DNA of 64,000 nucleotides from Marsupella aquatica (taxonomy: Eukaryota; Plantae; Marchantiophyta): contig OZ316892.1 of NCBI GenBank assembly GCA_973895155.1, forward strand, positions 12,340,238 to 12,404,237. The letters are read 5' to 3'. The notes under the pieces were generated by a model. It did no database searches. It was given only the letters and a program-made list of their open reading frames with translations, and was not told where the DNA came from. Numbering within the stretch: the stretch's first letter is position 1; each line of letters begins with the position of its first letter. A program made the position numbers and the translations under genes. This document shows positions 1 to 10,335 of the stretch, in pieces.

Positions 1-310
1 TTCTGGCAGTAGCTTTTCAACTTGCTCATTCAGATTACTCACAAATTCAGCGAGGTCTTTGTGTGCAGCTACGGACTCTGGTTCGCCCAGGCGGTGTATG
101 CTTAATTCCTCGTACGATGAATACATCTGAGAAATACATTACTGGGCAAATTTTTCTTAAGCCAAACTTTGATCTGTTTTCAACTATAATTGCAACATTG
201 AATTCTAGAAATCGTATTAAATGTTCAGCTTTGGTGGCCCGCTTCGCTTTCGCTAGCTTTACTACAACTCCAGATGTCCAGAACTTCTTTGTTCCAAAAT
301 CGTGAGACAC

Positions 311-377
311 CTGGCTTGCAATTGAATGATATGTGCTTTCTGGCTTGCAATTGAATGATGTGCTTTCTGGCTTGCAA
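311..377. repeat. Short tandem repeat, ~28-bp unit, ~2.4 copies
   Basis: CTGGCTTGCAATTGAATGAT(AT)GTGCTTT repeated at 311 and 340, with a partial copy at 367. Confidence 0.8.
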
Positions 378-1694
378 CGGTCCTTGAATGCAATGGTCCT
401 CCTAGCTGACCCGAAAGCTACTAATGAAGGTAGGCAAGAAGAAACTGAGAATAAACTGGGTGTACCTTGAAAGATTCATCGGTATCACTAACGAAGGTAA
501 GCAAGAAGAAACTGGGTAAACCTTGGAAGATTCATCGCATCATGGTTCCGTTAACTTTGAAAACAGGCAGTTCCATTCTTCAGCTTGCTTCCTCGCACCT
601 TTATCTCTTCGTAAGGTTGAGTAAACTTGCCAAATTCCGGCCCTTTCATTCGAAAACTTGGCTGTCACAAAGTTTTATCTCTACTTTCCACGAAAGTGTC
701 GTTGTCTTTCACGCAACTTCTGTTCACTCTTTAAGAATTTCTGAAAAGCCTTTCCCACAAAATCTTGTCATCACTGAAAACTCCCTGATCTCCGTGAAAA
801 ATAGACCTACAGTAAATTGTCTCCACTGTAATGACTTGCACATTAGTCTGGCAAAGTCATTCGCAGGTCATATCATCAGAGAATTGCATTATGCAAACCC
901 TTTCACAATTAATATAACTACACCAGTGCGCTGCTGCTAAATCCGATAGATACGTATCATCCAGCGGCCAAAAGTACAATGAGGTGACCTGTTCATTACA
1001 ATGTTACCCGTATACAGCTTCCGACCTCTGCATAGATGCCCTGGTTAGACGTTCGTCGCCTGGTACTTGGAGTGAGCGTTCCTCATTTCCAAAGGGGTCC
1101 TATTTTCCCAAAGAACCTCGATCTTTACTAGCAAGCGAGCAAGCAAAGTCCAGCATCATGAGTCCTCTCAGTCATCTGTCATTTAATTCTAACATCCCAG
1201 TCTCACAAGGCACTAAGTGCAGGATCACAAGGCACCATCATTGGAGTAGACGTTCACAATGATTCCAATGCACGTTCGAATGAGATAGTCGTCGGAGTAG
1301 TCCTGTCGTTGTCGGAAAATATACTTGAAAGGCAACGCTCGTTGGTGGAGAACCATGCAGAGTCCCCTTTTGAAGGCCTACATATGAACTGACATATGGC
1401 AGGTCTCCCAGTCTAGTTCGCTTTGTGGGGGCACTGACCAAACGGACGATGGTGAAGTGCAAAGTTCCTGAAAACTGAGATCTCCATCATGAAAACTGGA
1501 TCACTCCAGCACTTTGTTGCTCCCCACATTTGCTAGTCCCGACGTGAAACGAAATCCCCGACAGTCGTGAAACAAACCGGATTTTGCTATCTGACGAACG
1601 TGCCCCAAAGCAACGTCTGTGATGACTCTTCTCACATGAAGTACGTGCACGCAGTTCAACCAAAGTTCAGCACATCTGCAGGAGCCCCGTCCCT

Positions 1695-3629
1695 TCAAAT
1701 TAGGCCCCGTCTGCGCTTGTAATCGTTTACAGTAAGAGTCAAGGTGTGGCGCCGTCCATCACTGTTATCAACTTGAGCCCCCCAACTAGCTTCTAAACTT
1801 TGTTTGCGAGCCATATATGCGACATGAGCACCCTGACTAGAGGTGCCACCCATTTGCTTGAAAGGAGCCAAAGAAATATGCAAATCAAAGTCATGCAGGG
1901 CAAATAGCTTGGTCGCCCCATCGACTGGGATCACTCTGACTCCCATACTCTTCTGGGATGAAGGAGCTGCAGGTTCTACTCCAGCAACGGCATACTTTTC
2001 TTCCAACTCTTTCTCTACTTTTGGAGCATCTGTTTTGTAATAGTTCTGAGACCTCGTCCAGCGGCGCGAGAAAGGATCGTAACCTGCTTCTCCTGCCTTA
2101 GCATCAGTATTCGCCGGTTTTACATCCGAAGCATTCTTGAAATTCTCAAACCTGTTGCGCCGATTCATTTCAGCTAACGCTAAAGCCTTTGCGTCCTTGC
2201 TTTTGTTGATCTGAACTGAGAACTCTTCCAATTCCCTCAACCTAGCTTGAAGCCGCTCTACCTCCCCTTGGTCGCCTTTCGATTCTGCTACTCCTAAGTC
2301 TTTAGTGATCCTATCTTTCTCCAGAGCAATGTTTGATGGACGAGTCGTTGCCAACTTCTTTTCCTGCAACATCTGCTTCACGGTAGCTGCATTGTAAACG
2401 AAGGAATTGACTTTTGCAAGAGCTTCTCTCTTCTTGTTAACGCCAGCTTTGCTAAGCTTCCTCCCTTCGCACCTATCAACCTCCCTAAACATTTCCTCGA
2501 CTTCTTTCGACGTCGGAGCCTGGTCAGAAGCTCTTACCATCTGCCACCGTGCAGCAGAATTATCGTCTCCCCATACACAGTTCAAGTACTTGTAGGTGTG
2601 CCGATTCTCGAAGGTATACTGCTTAGAAGCGTCCCTCGCATCCACATTCTTTACCAGGCAAACTCTGTAGATACTCTGCCCGGAATTAGAGACGCCAATC
2701 CCAATCCTTACATAGCAGCCCACAACAACTTCTTCGAAGAAAGGCTCCATGAACCACTTGGCCAGCTTGGAGCGGCGTATAGTAATGCTCTTTATATCCT
2801 CCACACCTGCCTCTTCTTCCTTTTTCATTCGATCGTCGTCATCGGACGCTTCCCTATCGCTGCGGTCATCCTCTCTGCTACTCTCTTCATCGTCATCACT
2901 CTCAAACTCAGACTCACTGTAACTTCTTTTGCGGGTACTCCTCGTCGAAACCTGTCGCTCTCTTTCCCTTGCAGCAGAAGCACCGGCATCACGATATTTC
3001 CTCTGAAGGTCAGGGTCTTGGGATTTCATCCTCCTTGCCACAAGCTCATTCAGAGCGTTGTCCTTGGCAGTGCGAGGGGTTTCGCGAGGCTCTCTGACGG
3101 AGGATCGCATTCGGGAAGATGGGGGTCCAACATCCCTCTCCCTTGGCTGTGAAGTCTTCACCTGCATTTGCTTATGGCGCAGGCCAGCTTTAACCCTCAT
3201 CTTGTAATTATCTCTAGCCTCAGCACGATCGTGTAAAATCATCTCCCGGTCAAGCTCTGTCATGGCTGCCATCCGGAGTCTGTCCGCCTCAGATTTGTAT
3301 AAATCACTACCAAACGAAAGCTCACTTTCGTAGCCATCTTGGTCCCCTTCTTCGCCATCCTTGTCCGAAGACTCCAACCTTTTTTTGAGTGGCATTTTCG
3401 ACCCATCTGCTTTCCGATTTCCCCCTCTCTCGTAATCATCATCGTCGTCGAAGTCATCGTAGTCATTCTCCGACTTTGAGTCACTCTGATCGTCAGAGCT
3501 GTCATCCTGAATCGGGCCGCGGCGTTTGACTGGTGTCCGCCTCGAGGAACCAGCCTTTTCGGCCTCGTGAGTGCCCTTCGGCCGACCCGCTGCCTCTAGC
3601 AGCATATCATCAAGCGCCTCGTCCGCCAT
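1695..3629 (-). CDS. RTF1: RTF1 homolog (PAF1 complex subunit, plant VIP5), Plus-3 domain protein, 644 aa, intronless CDS
   Basis: N-terminal LDDMLLEAAG, DLYKSEADRLRMAAMTELDREMIL, Plus-3 domain (ITIRRSKLAKWFMEPFFEEVVVGCYVRIGIG...YRVCLV), YDPFSRRWTR and C-terminal TLTVNDYKRRRGLI are all typical of RTF1/VIP5. Confidence 0.96.
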   Translation of the reverse strand: MADEALDDMLLEAAGRPKGTHEAEKAGSSRRTPVKRRGPIQDDSSDDQSDSKSENDYDDFDDDDDYERGGNRKADGSKMPLKKRLESSDKDGEEGDQDGYESELSFGSDLYKSEADRLRMAAMTELDREMILHDRAEARDNYKMRVKAGLRHKQMQVKTSQPRERDVGPPSSRMRSSVREPRETPRTAKDNALNELVARRMKSQDPDLQRKYRDAGASAARERERQVSTRSTRKRSYSESEFESDDDEESSREDDRSDREASDDDDRMKKEEEAGVEDIKSITIRRSKLAKWFMEPFFEEVVVGCYVRIGIGVSNSGQSIYRVCLVKNVDARDASKQYTFENRHTYKYLNCVWGDDNSAARWQMVRASDQAPTSKEVEEMFREVDRCEGRKLSKAGVNKKREALAKVNSFVYNAATVKQMLQEKKLATTRPSNIALEKDRITKDLGVAESKGDQGEVERLQARLRELEEFSVQINKSKDAKALALAEMNRRNRFENFKNASDVKPANTDAKAGEAGYDPFSRRWTRSQNYYKTDAPKVEKELEEKYAVAGVEPAAPSSQKSMGVRVIPVDGATKLFALHDFDLHISLAPFKQMGGTSSQGAHVAYMARKQSLEASWGAQVDNSDGRRHTLTLTVNDYKRRRGLI

Positions 3630-4935
3630 GGATACGTGAGTGTCAAAAACTCAGAGAAGCCCTGAATACCCTCACGAGAACACCAAATAACAGCTTCGTT
3701 GGGTGTAGCTTACTACCAATAGAAAAAGAAACCCCCCACCAGGTAGAACATAAAACGCTCGGCCGCTGGCGAGCTCACATCATTGAAGAAGGGGAGAGGA
3801 GAGCTGGCACTGGCACAGGCACAGGTTTCGAAACCTTCACATCGCCGGGCCTGGCCAGACAAGGCTCCACTTCTAGCAATGCCCTTCTCAGCGAGAATGA
3901 ATTCTCGCAAATGAAATACTCATAGGAACCAAGCAAGCAAATTCGCATACCTCACCGGTGCTACCTCCAACGAACCCTAAGTGATGCGGAACCTAAAAGT
4001 CTGAACTTCCTCGATCAAAATCTCTGAAACACTACTGCATCACATCATTTTTCAAAACTTCTGAAACAAGAGCTCAACAACTGAACAGGGTGGCAGAGGG
4101 CAGATCGAAGAGTTTCTCTCAGGACCTCTTCTAAGTTTTGATAGACAAAAGTTTGTGGGCCTTTCACTCACCAATCACCACCATAGTCTTCACAGGGAAA
4201 CGAGGACTTCGCTTCCTCCGAGCTTTAAAACGATGGTCCCGACGAAGCTTGATTCGCGGTCAGGTCAGCACTCATGATCGTCGTGCTGCCTCAATTCCTC
4301 AAACGAATTCGTCGACAAATGCACTAGAAGGTGTCTACTGAAAGTGCAAGGCTTCCGGAAGAAGGCCCAAACTTGCGATAAAGTTCCGGAAGCCCTGATG
4401 GACCGGTATGTAGTCTGTGAAGCCTGGATGGACTCGGACAGCTCGGATATACTTTCTCAGAACGTCATCATATACTTGGATAATATTTTTTACACTTTAG
4501 ACTCAGATGTGACTTGTAAGCTGATCGTTTACCACCCATTTCAGCTACATCGTCCAATTTTAGCCCGGACCCACATGTGGTCTGTGAAGCCTCAATCTAC
4601 TAGAAAAGCTTGGATGAATTTTCTCAAAACATCAAAATAATATATGTTACACTTTAGACTCAAATGTGACCTATAAACTGATATTCTAGGGTTCAATTTC
4701 AAACCTTAACTCTTTGTTTAGAGTCTGTTTCCTTCAATGCCGAGTGGTTTGTTCGGGGTAACTGTTAGTCTTGGTTATTTATTTAGTTTTGTCTTTATAA
4801 GTTTTGTTTTTATCTAGAGCTACCATCTATAGTCTTCACTCTAGAAATCTAGACCCCAACTTTAATTTTTTATTGCACTTTATAAATAAAATCTATGAAC
4901 AAGTAGATTTTAGCTACTAGAAATGATTTGAATTA

Positions 4936-5248
4936 GACCAGTTGGCTAGGGGATTTGCTTGGAACTGAGAGGTCCCAGGTTCAATCCCCCCTCCACACAC
5001 TCTGGAGGGTATATGTGTGTGGGTTAGATGGGTTTTGTGGGTAGTGGATTGGAATTCTAATTATTTGTTCGGCCCCTGGTCGTCCACTTTGTGGCCCTGA
5101 TTTAATCCTCTCTCCTTCTTGGTGCAGGTCCTTGTCGGATCTGTTGGGGCTCACCCTGGTCTGGGTTCCCTACAGAAAAACTGTCACATTGGGATGGGAG
5201 GAGTCTAATTGTATTTCCTCCCCATTCCGTTCAAGACAACAAAATTAA
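4936..5248 (+). mobile_element. tRNA-derived SINE with 15-bp target-site duplication
   Basis: A-box-like TAGACCAGTTGG (4934-4945), B-box GGTTCAATCCC (4978-4988) and an A-rich tail. Flanked by an exact direct repeat AAATGATTTGAATTA at 4921-4935 and 5249-5263. The body recurs at ~18206-18404. Confidence 0.85.
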
Positions 5249-5892
5249 AAATGATTTGAATTACACTAAAAATGCAATAAGCATTTTGGCCTGGTGGTCA
5301 ACTCGAGGCTCAGCAAGTCTCAAGTTTTCAGCTTTGGTGTGGCAATTGGCTTTTACAAGATGTTGAAAGGAGGCAAAGAAGTGTAGGTGGAGCAAGGAAG
5401 TTGTGACACAAGTTGTGGGGGGAAGGAAGTATTGTCCAAAAGGGAGTGTTGTGGGAACTCTTTAGTATATGCTGCATATATCTACAACTACAATAAAGTA
5501 TCCCACTTAATTTTGTCATTCGTCCCAATACAAAAAAGCTACTAGGTGGGAAAGATCCATAACCATTGTATTCATTTGGCTGTTTTTCCTGACCATTGAT
5601 GGAGAAAATGGGCACCCCTGGTACATATGTGCTTCCCCACGCTGTCACACATTAGGCTCGTAGCTACATCATTCTAGTGCTTCACTATTTTAACTTATTC
5701 AAATATATAAAAACTAAGTTGAGTTATAGTATCATTTCCAAATTTATTAAAATACAAATTTTGCATAAGATACTGGAAGTATAAAAATAACTATAAAACT
5801 TCCAATGATGTAGAGCATGGGAATTGAAGCGCATAAAAAGTCTCAAACTCTGTGCCCAGGCCAAGGAGGCGCTGGCCCAAAGGAGATTCTAA

Positions 5893-5946
5893 GTGACGCA
5901 GTGGTAGATGAGTCGAGTGGGGTTCTTGAGGTTGTGAGTTCAAATT
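5893..5946 (+). mobile_element. Possible degenerate tRNA-like/SINE head
   Basis: TGACGCAGTGG (A-box-like) and GAGGTTGTGAGTTCAAAT (B-box-like) at tRNA-like spacing. No cloverleaf or TSD seen. Confidence 0.3.
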
Positions 5947-7741
5947 GGGGCATGAAATAATTTTTCTTTTCCCTTCAATTAACAGACAAGAAAAGGTGGA
6001 AAAGGTGGCAGAGAAAGAAATGAACTTAAAGGGATTCAATTAATTTCTACATTGAAATAATGAATGGAATATATATGGGATTTCAAGTATTTGCAGATAC
6101 GTAGAAAAAAAACAAAGGAAGCCAGCCATCAGAGGCCCAAATTAAAATTCAAATAATCACCAAAAAAATAGGTTGGGAGACTAATACAGTGATCTATCAA
6201 TAAGGGGAAGTTGGAAATGCAAAAGATGGTCAACATTGAAAAACCTGAATGCAATGAAAAGTAACCTACCAATCTGGGCCATCTAACATGTTCCTTTCTT
6301 TGTGGCCACCTACCCCCCAAAAGATGTGGGAGCAGTGAGTGGGAACCTCCCCCCCCCCCCCCCACACACACACACACAAGAAAAAAGCTTCTTTTAGGAA
6401 AAAATCAAAGTCAGTCAGGGCACAAGCACAGACCCCTGCACCCATGGATAAACTTAGCTCAGGCTGGGCAAGGTGCATAGCAACATCAGATCCCCTCACA
6501 GAAAAAAAGAGGATCAGGTGGAGTTCACCAACCCTGAAAGAGAAGAATAAAAGACAGGGTGGGGTGCGCAATGGAAAATAGTCATGGAGTGATTTTTGGA
6601 GGATCCTAGAGCCTGCCAAAAGAGCTCCAAAATTCGACCCCCAAAATCTCATCCTACCCTTGGCCCTTTCCCTTCCCCTCCCCTCCTTGGCAGCTGTTAT
6701 CCGCCATCCGCCATCACCTCTTTCTTAGTCATTGTTTCATCTTATGCACAGATCTGTTAGATGCAAGGGATCAGGTTTGTTGTGCATTTTCACAGGTTCC
6801 CACCCTTGTCTTAGTGTCCCTTGTGGAGAATCTGATGGCTAAGGCAAAAGACACCCTTCATCCAACAGCCACAGCTGATTCCTGCCTCGATATCATTTCA
6901 TAAATAGGCACCAGGAGAAAAGAGGGGGACCTTATATTAGAGTGTTAGATTCAATAGATGTAAGAAGGGCTTTTGCAAAGTTATGTGCTAGGTTGGAGTA
7001 GAGTGAATATTTATATTAAAAATACTGAAGAGAGCTTTTACTTTGACCACTCAAAAGCACTCTCCCTTTTCTTTAAAACTTCTTTTTAGATGCATTTTTA
7101 AAGTTGTACTCCTGAGGAGAAAGAGGAGGAGACAAGTTACTCTTAGTGACCCTAGTATGCTGTTTACTAGGGAGTTTGCTCTTTACGGACCCCACTAGAG
7201 GTCCCTTCCAAAATTTGAGACTCCACAATGCGCCATGTCATCGAGACGCACTGCAAACAGGTATGGATTGGTTTACAAAATAAAATTGCTTCAACATTTG
7301 TGTCTGTGGCATGATTTTGGTAAAATTGAGGACCCCATGCCATAAACCTTGATGTAAAAATGTTTGAAAAATAACCATTTTATTTACCCTAGGTAACAGA
7401 CTGTTCAATTAGTAGGAGGCCCACCTTCTCTTTTTTTACCCTGAGTAATCGCTGCCCACCCGCATTCTGAATTGTGTTTCAATTGAATAATAACTAAATC
7501 TCTCTCGGCAAGTTGATCTGATGACAAAGTAATCGTGACAATTTTCTCGACCTTCTGCTGCCACGAAGGAAGAAGTGGACACGATTCTATGTTGGATCAC
7601 TCAGCACTCTTTTCCATGGCGTCATCATTGCAGTTCCTAACTCGGTGATGCCTCTCGCCACTTTTAGATTGTTCAACGCATGAGGCACGAGTGAACGAAA
7701 GAGAAGCAAGCTTAGCAGGGTTCAATAAGGGCCTCGTCTAC

Positions 7742-7892
7742 GTGCAAATGGTGTTGAAGAGCCTGGGCATGAAAGAAGGACATAGTTATAAGAAGTGTTA
7801 GCAGATGATTAAGGGAGTCGATGCGGGACAGTAATGGGAAGGTGGACGTTCAGGAGTTCAAGGAGTTGATGTCGTCTGAAGCTTTCCGTTAA
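7742..7892 (+). pseudogene. Calmodulin-like (CML) EF-hand pseudogene fragment
   Basis: Translates VQMVLKSLGMKEGHSYKKC*QMIKGVDA/(+1 frameshift)DSNGKVDVQEFKELM*, matching the last EF-hand region of plant CMLs, with an in-frame TAG and a frameshift. Confidence 0.75.
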
Positions 7893-7985
7893 TAGGGGGT
7901 CCACGAACTAATTGTCGTTAGCCTATGAGCTTTTTGGCTTTCGGTTTGCTAGGTTTTTCCTTTACTTTCTCCCCTTTATTTGGTC

Positions 7986-8203
7986 CAGCTTTTAAGTACA
8001 TTGCCACTAAAGTTGTTTGAATTTACAATACTGCCACTATTTTTTTATATTCACAAAAAAGCCACAGTTTCCCTATATAGTTCCCCTGGTTACCTTGGTA
8101 AAATTGTCATCCATATACAAAACCTTGACATTGTTATAAATACAAAACAGAGTGACAATATTGTCAATTAGAAAATCTTTAGTGACAAAGTATTTTAAAG
8201 CTG
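7986..8203. mobile_element. Fold-back/MITE-like imperfect palindrome (~218 bp)
   Basis: Left arm CAGCTTTTAAGTACATTGCCACTAAAG... pairs with right arm ...CTTTAGTGACAAAGTATTTTAAAGCTG over ~90 bp. A related copy lies at ~61585-61756. Confidence 0.7.
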
Positions 8204-8310
8204 TTATTTGGTCTCTAGCCTTGTGGATCTTATCTTCTTGTTTGGTAACTTGATGCCCTTCGTGGTTTTCCCATTTTATTTTTTAGGAGCATTCTGGGAG
8301 CATAGTGCCC

Positions 8311-8624
8311 TGGTCAGTATTTGGATCACCTCTTTAGTAGGATTCTCCTTTAATTTTACAAAAGTCAGAAAAAAATGAAATCTGTTGGGCCTTTAAGTGT
8401 AGTAAGGTCCTATATTATGGGCAATAATTGCCCCTCAAAACTCGGGTTGAATCTCTCATTTTGAGGGGTGGTCAATATTTGGATCACTTCTTTAGGAGGA
8501 TTCTCCTCTAATTTTACAAAAGTCAGAAAAATGAAATCTGTTGGGCCTTTAAGTGTAGTAAGGTCCTATACTATGGGCAATAATTGCCCCTCAAAACTTG
8601 AGTTGAATCTCTCATTTTGGGGGG
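8311..8624. repeat. Tandem duplication, ~158-bp unit x2
   Basis: TGGTCA.TATTTGGATCAC...GAATCTCTCATTTTG starts at 8311 and again at 8469, near identical. Confidence 0.9.
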
Positions 8625-8939
8625 CGTGATATCCCACAATGCCATCTATACAGGACTTTACAATATACATTATCTACCTAACTAAACATTTGTGATACAA
8701 ATTAAGTTACTCTCAGGGCCTAGAATCTAGAGGCTTCACTCTAGATTGCCGCCCTGGGGGCATATTGACAGTTAGCGTGTGGGAGGAAAACAGGAATTGG
8801 GGGCAAGTCACTGAGTGGTCCAAAACATTTGACTTGAATAGGTGAGTGTGAATCTATTTTCCCACAAACTTGTTGGCTCTCACCTTTGTTTATGTTGAAA
8901 GAATGAGCAGGTTTGCTAGTCTAACTAAACAATCCATCG

Positions 8940-9500
8940 ACAGCTACTCTAGGGTCTACTGTTCTAGAGTGAAGACTCTAGAACATGACTATGGGGATAT
9001 AACTGAAGTTGAGGTGCAAGTGAAAAACATGTCTTGGGGGCAGGGTGAGTCTATGAAAATGACCACTGGAAACCAATTGTAGATCAATGAATGGGTAACC
9101 GGGCTTCAATGCCCTCATCTCTATTTACATTCAATAGAAAGTGACTCCTTCGGGTCTACTTTTTAGAGTGAAATACCTAGACCATGACTTTTGGGGGGCG
9201 TAACTGAAGTTGGGTGTGAGAACAAAAATGGATTTGGGGAGAAGTGAGCCTCTTAAAATGGCTGGCAACTGGAAATCAAGTGGGTAACAATGAGCAGGCC
9301 AGGCAACGGTCTTAAATGTCTTTATTTACATTCAATATAAAGTTACTCTTTGAGGCCTACTATCTAGAGTGAAGCCCATAGTAACCAAGTTGAGGTGCTA
9401 GTAGAAAACATGGATTGGGGGGCAAGGTGAGTCTCTTAAGATACCAGGGGTGAGTCTCGTAACATGACCACTGGAAACCAATTGAAGAATAAATAGGGTG
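8940..9500. repeat. Degenerate ~200-bp tandem repeat (~3 units) with dispersed relatives
   Basis: The anchor TAGAGTGAA recurs at ~8965, 9164 and 9365, each followed by AAGTTG.G.TG and TTGGGGG.A.G.TGAG. The reverse-complement anchor TTCACTCTA occurs at ~4835, 8735 and 62032. Confidence 0.65.
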
Positions 9501-10295
9501 TCTCAAAGCTGGGCAGTGACTCAAAGTTATGGAGTTCTGGTCCATCCCATAACTCTACTTATGGGACCCAGTTAAGGATTTTTAAAAGTGGGGGGAAGCA
9601 GCATTGACTCACCTCCAAAGGGATCCAAAGGGAGTGAATACAGTCTCATCTCAATCTGATGGCATATACGTCTCTGCTTCATTCTTGTTCAGTGGCCACC
9701 CCAAATATAGCAGTCACCACCACACCAGGCCCAAAGCTCTTTCAATCACAGCTTTCAGGGATTCCAAAATTTGGATTTGCACCTAAAGTTACGGGAAAAT
9801 TGTTATAGTTATTGGTTAAGTGTTGAGTACCGGGCTTTCCTTACAATTGCTGTTAAAACATAGACTCCCACAACTTTTACTTTACACAAGAGCAACTCAA
9901 AGCCGACAATTTGATGGACCTTAGACACAAAAAATTATAGACATTCTTTACTAACTATAAAATTCCATAACTGTTTGCCATTGGATTGGTTGTATGCCAT
10001 TAACATCAGTCACTCTAAAGGCTAAAGGTTGGTGACCGGGTTGGTGACCCAAAAAACTAAAAAAACTTTTACATAACCGTGTTAAATAGTTATGGAAACA
10101 TTATGACCATTCCTGCTTAATGCCATGATCCATAATTTGGAAGCTCTGAGATGCACTAATGAGGCAAAGGACTTGAATTCGCCTCTATGTACGTTCAAAA
10201 AAGAAGGGGCAATCAGGCTACTCAATATATATAATAACTAACATTTATAAAGGAGAGACAGGACTTTACAAAATGGTGGGTAAAAAGCCAGTAAC

Positions 10296-10335
10296 GAATT
10301 GAATTGAATTGAATTGAATTGAATTGAATTGAATT
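10296..10335. repeat. (GAATT)8 microsatellite
   Basis: Perfect pentanucleotide run, upstream of the epimerase gene. Confidence 0.95.

Noticed and set aside
4344-4640. ORF containing LIVYHPF, reminiscent of the cyclin C/H LIVYHPY motif
   Set aside because: The similarity covers only a few residues, and the segment is part of a local ~160-bp duplication (TACACTTTAGACTCA at ~4491 and ~4648). No other cyclin exons were found.
4934-4995. Functional tRNA gene
   Set aside because: A and B boxes are present, but there is no acceptor stem or cloverleaf. It is embedded in a TSD-flanked SINE.
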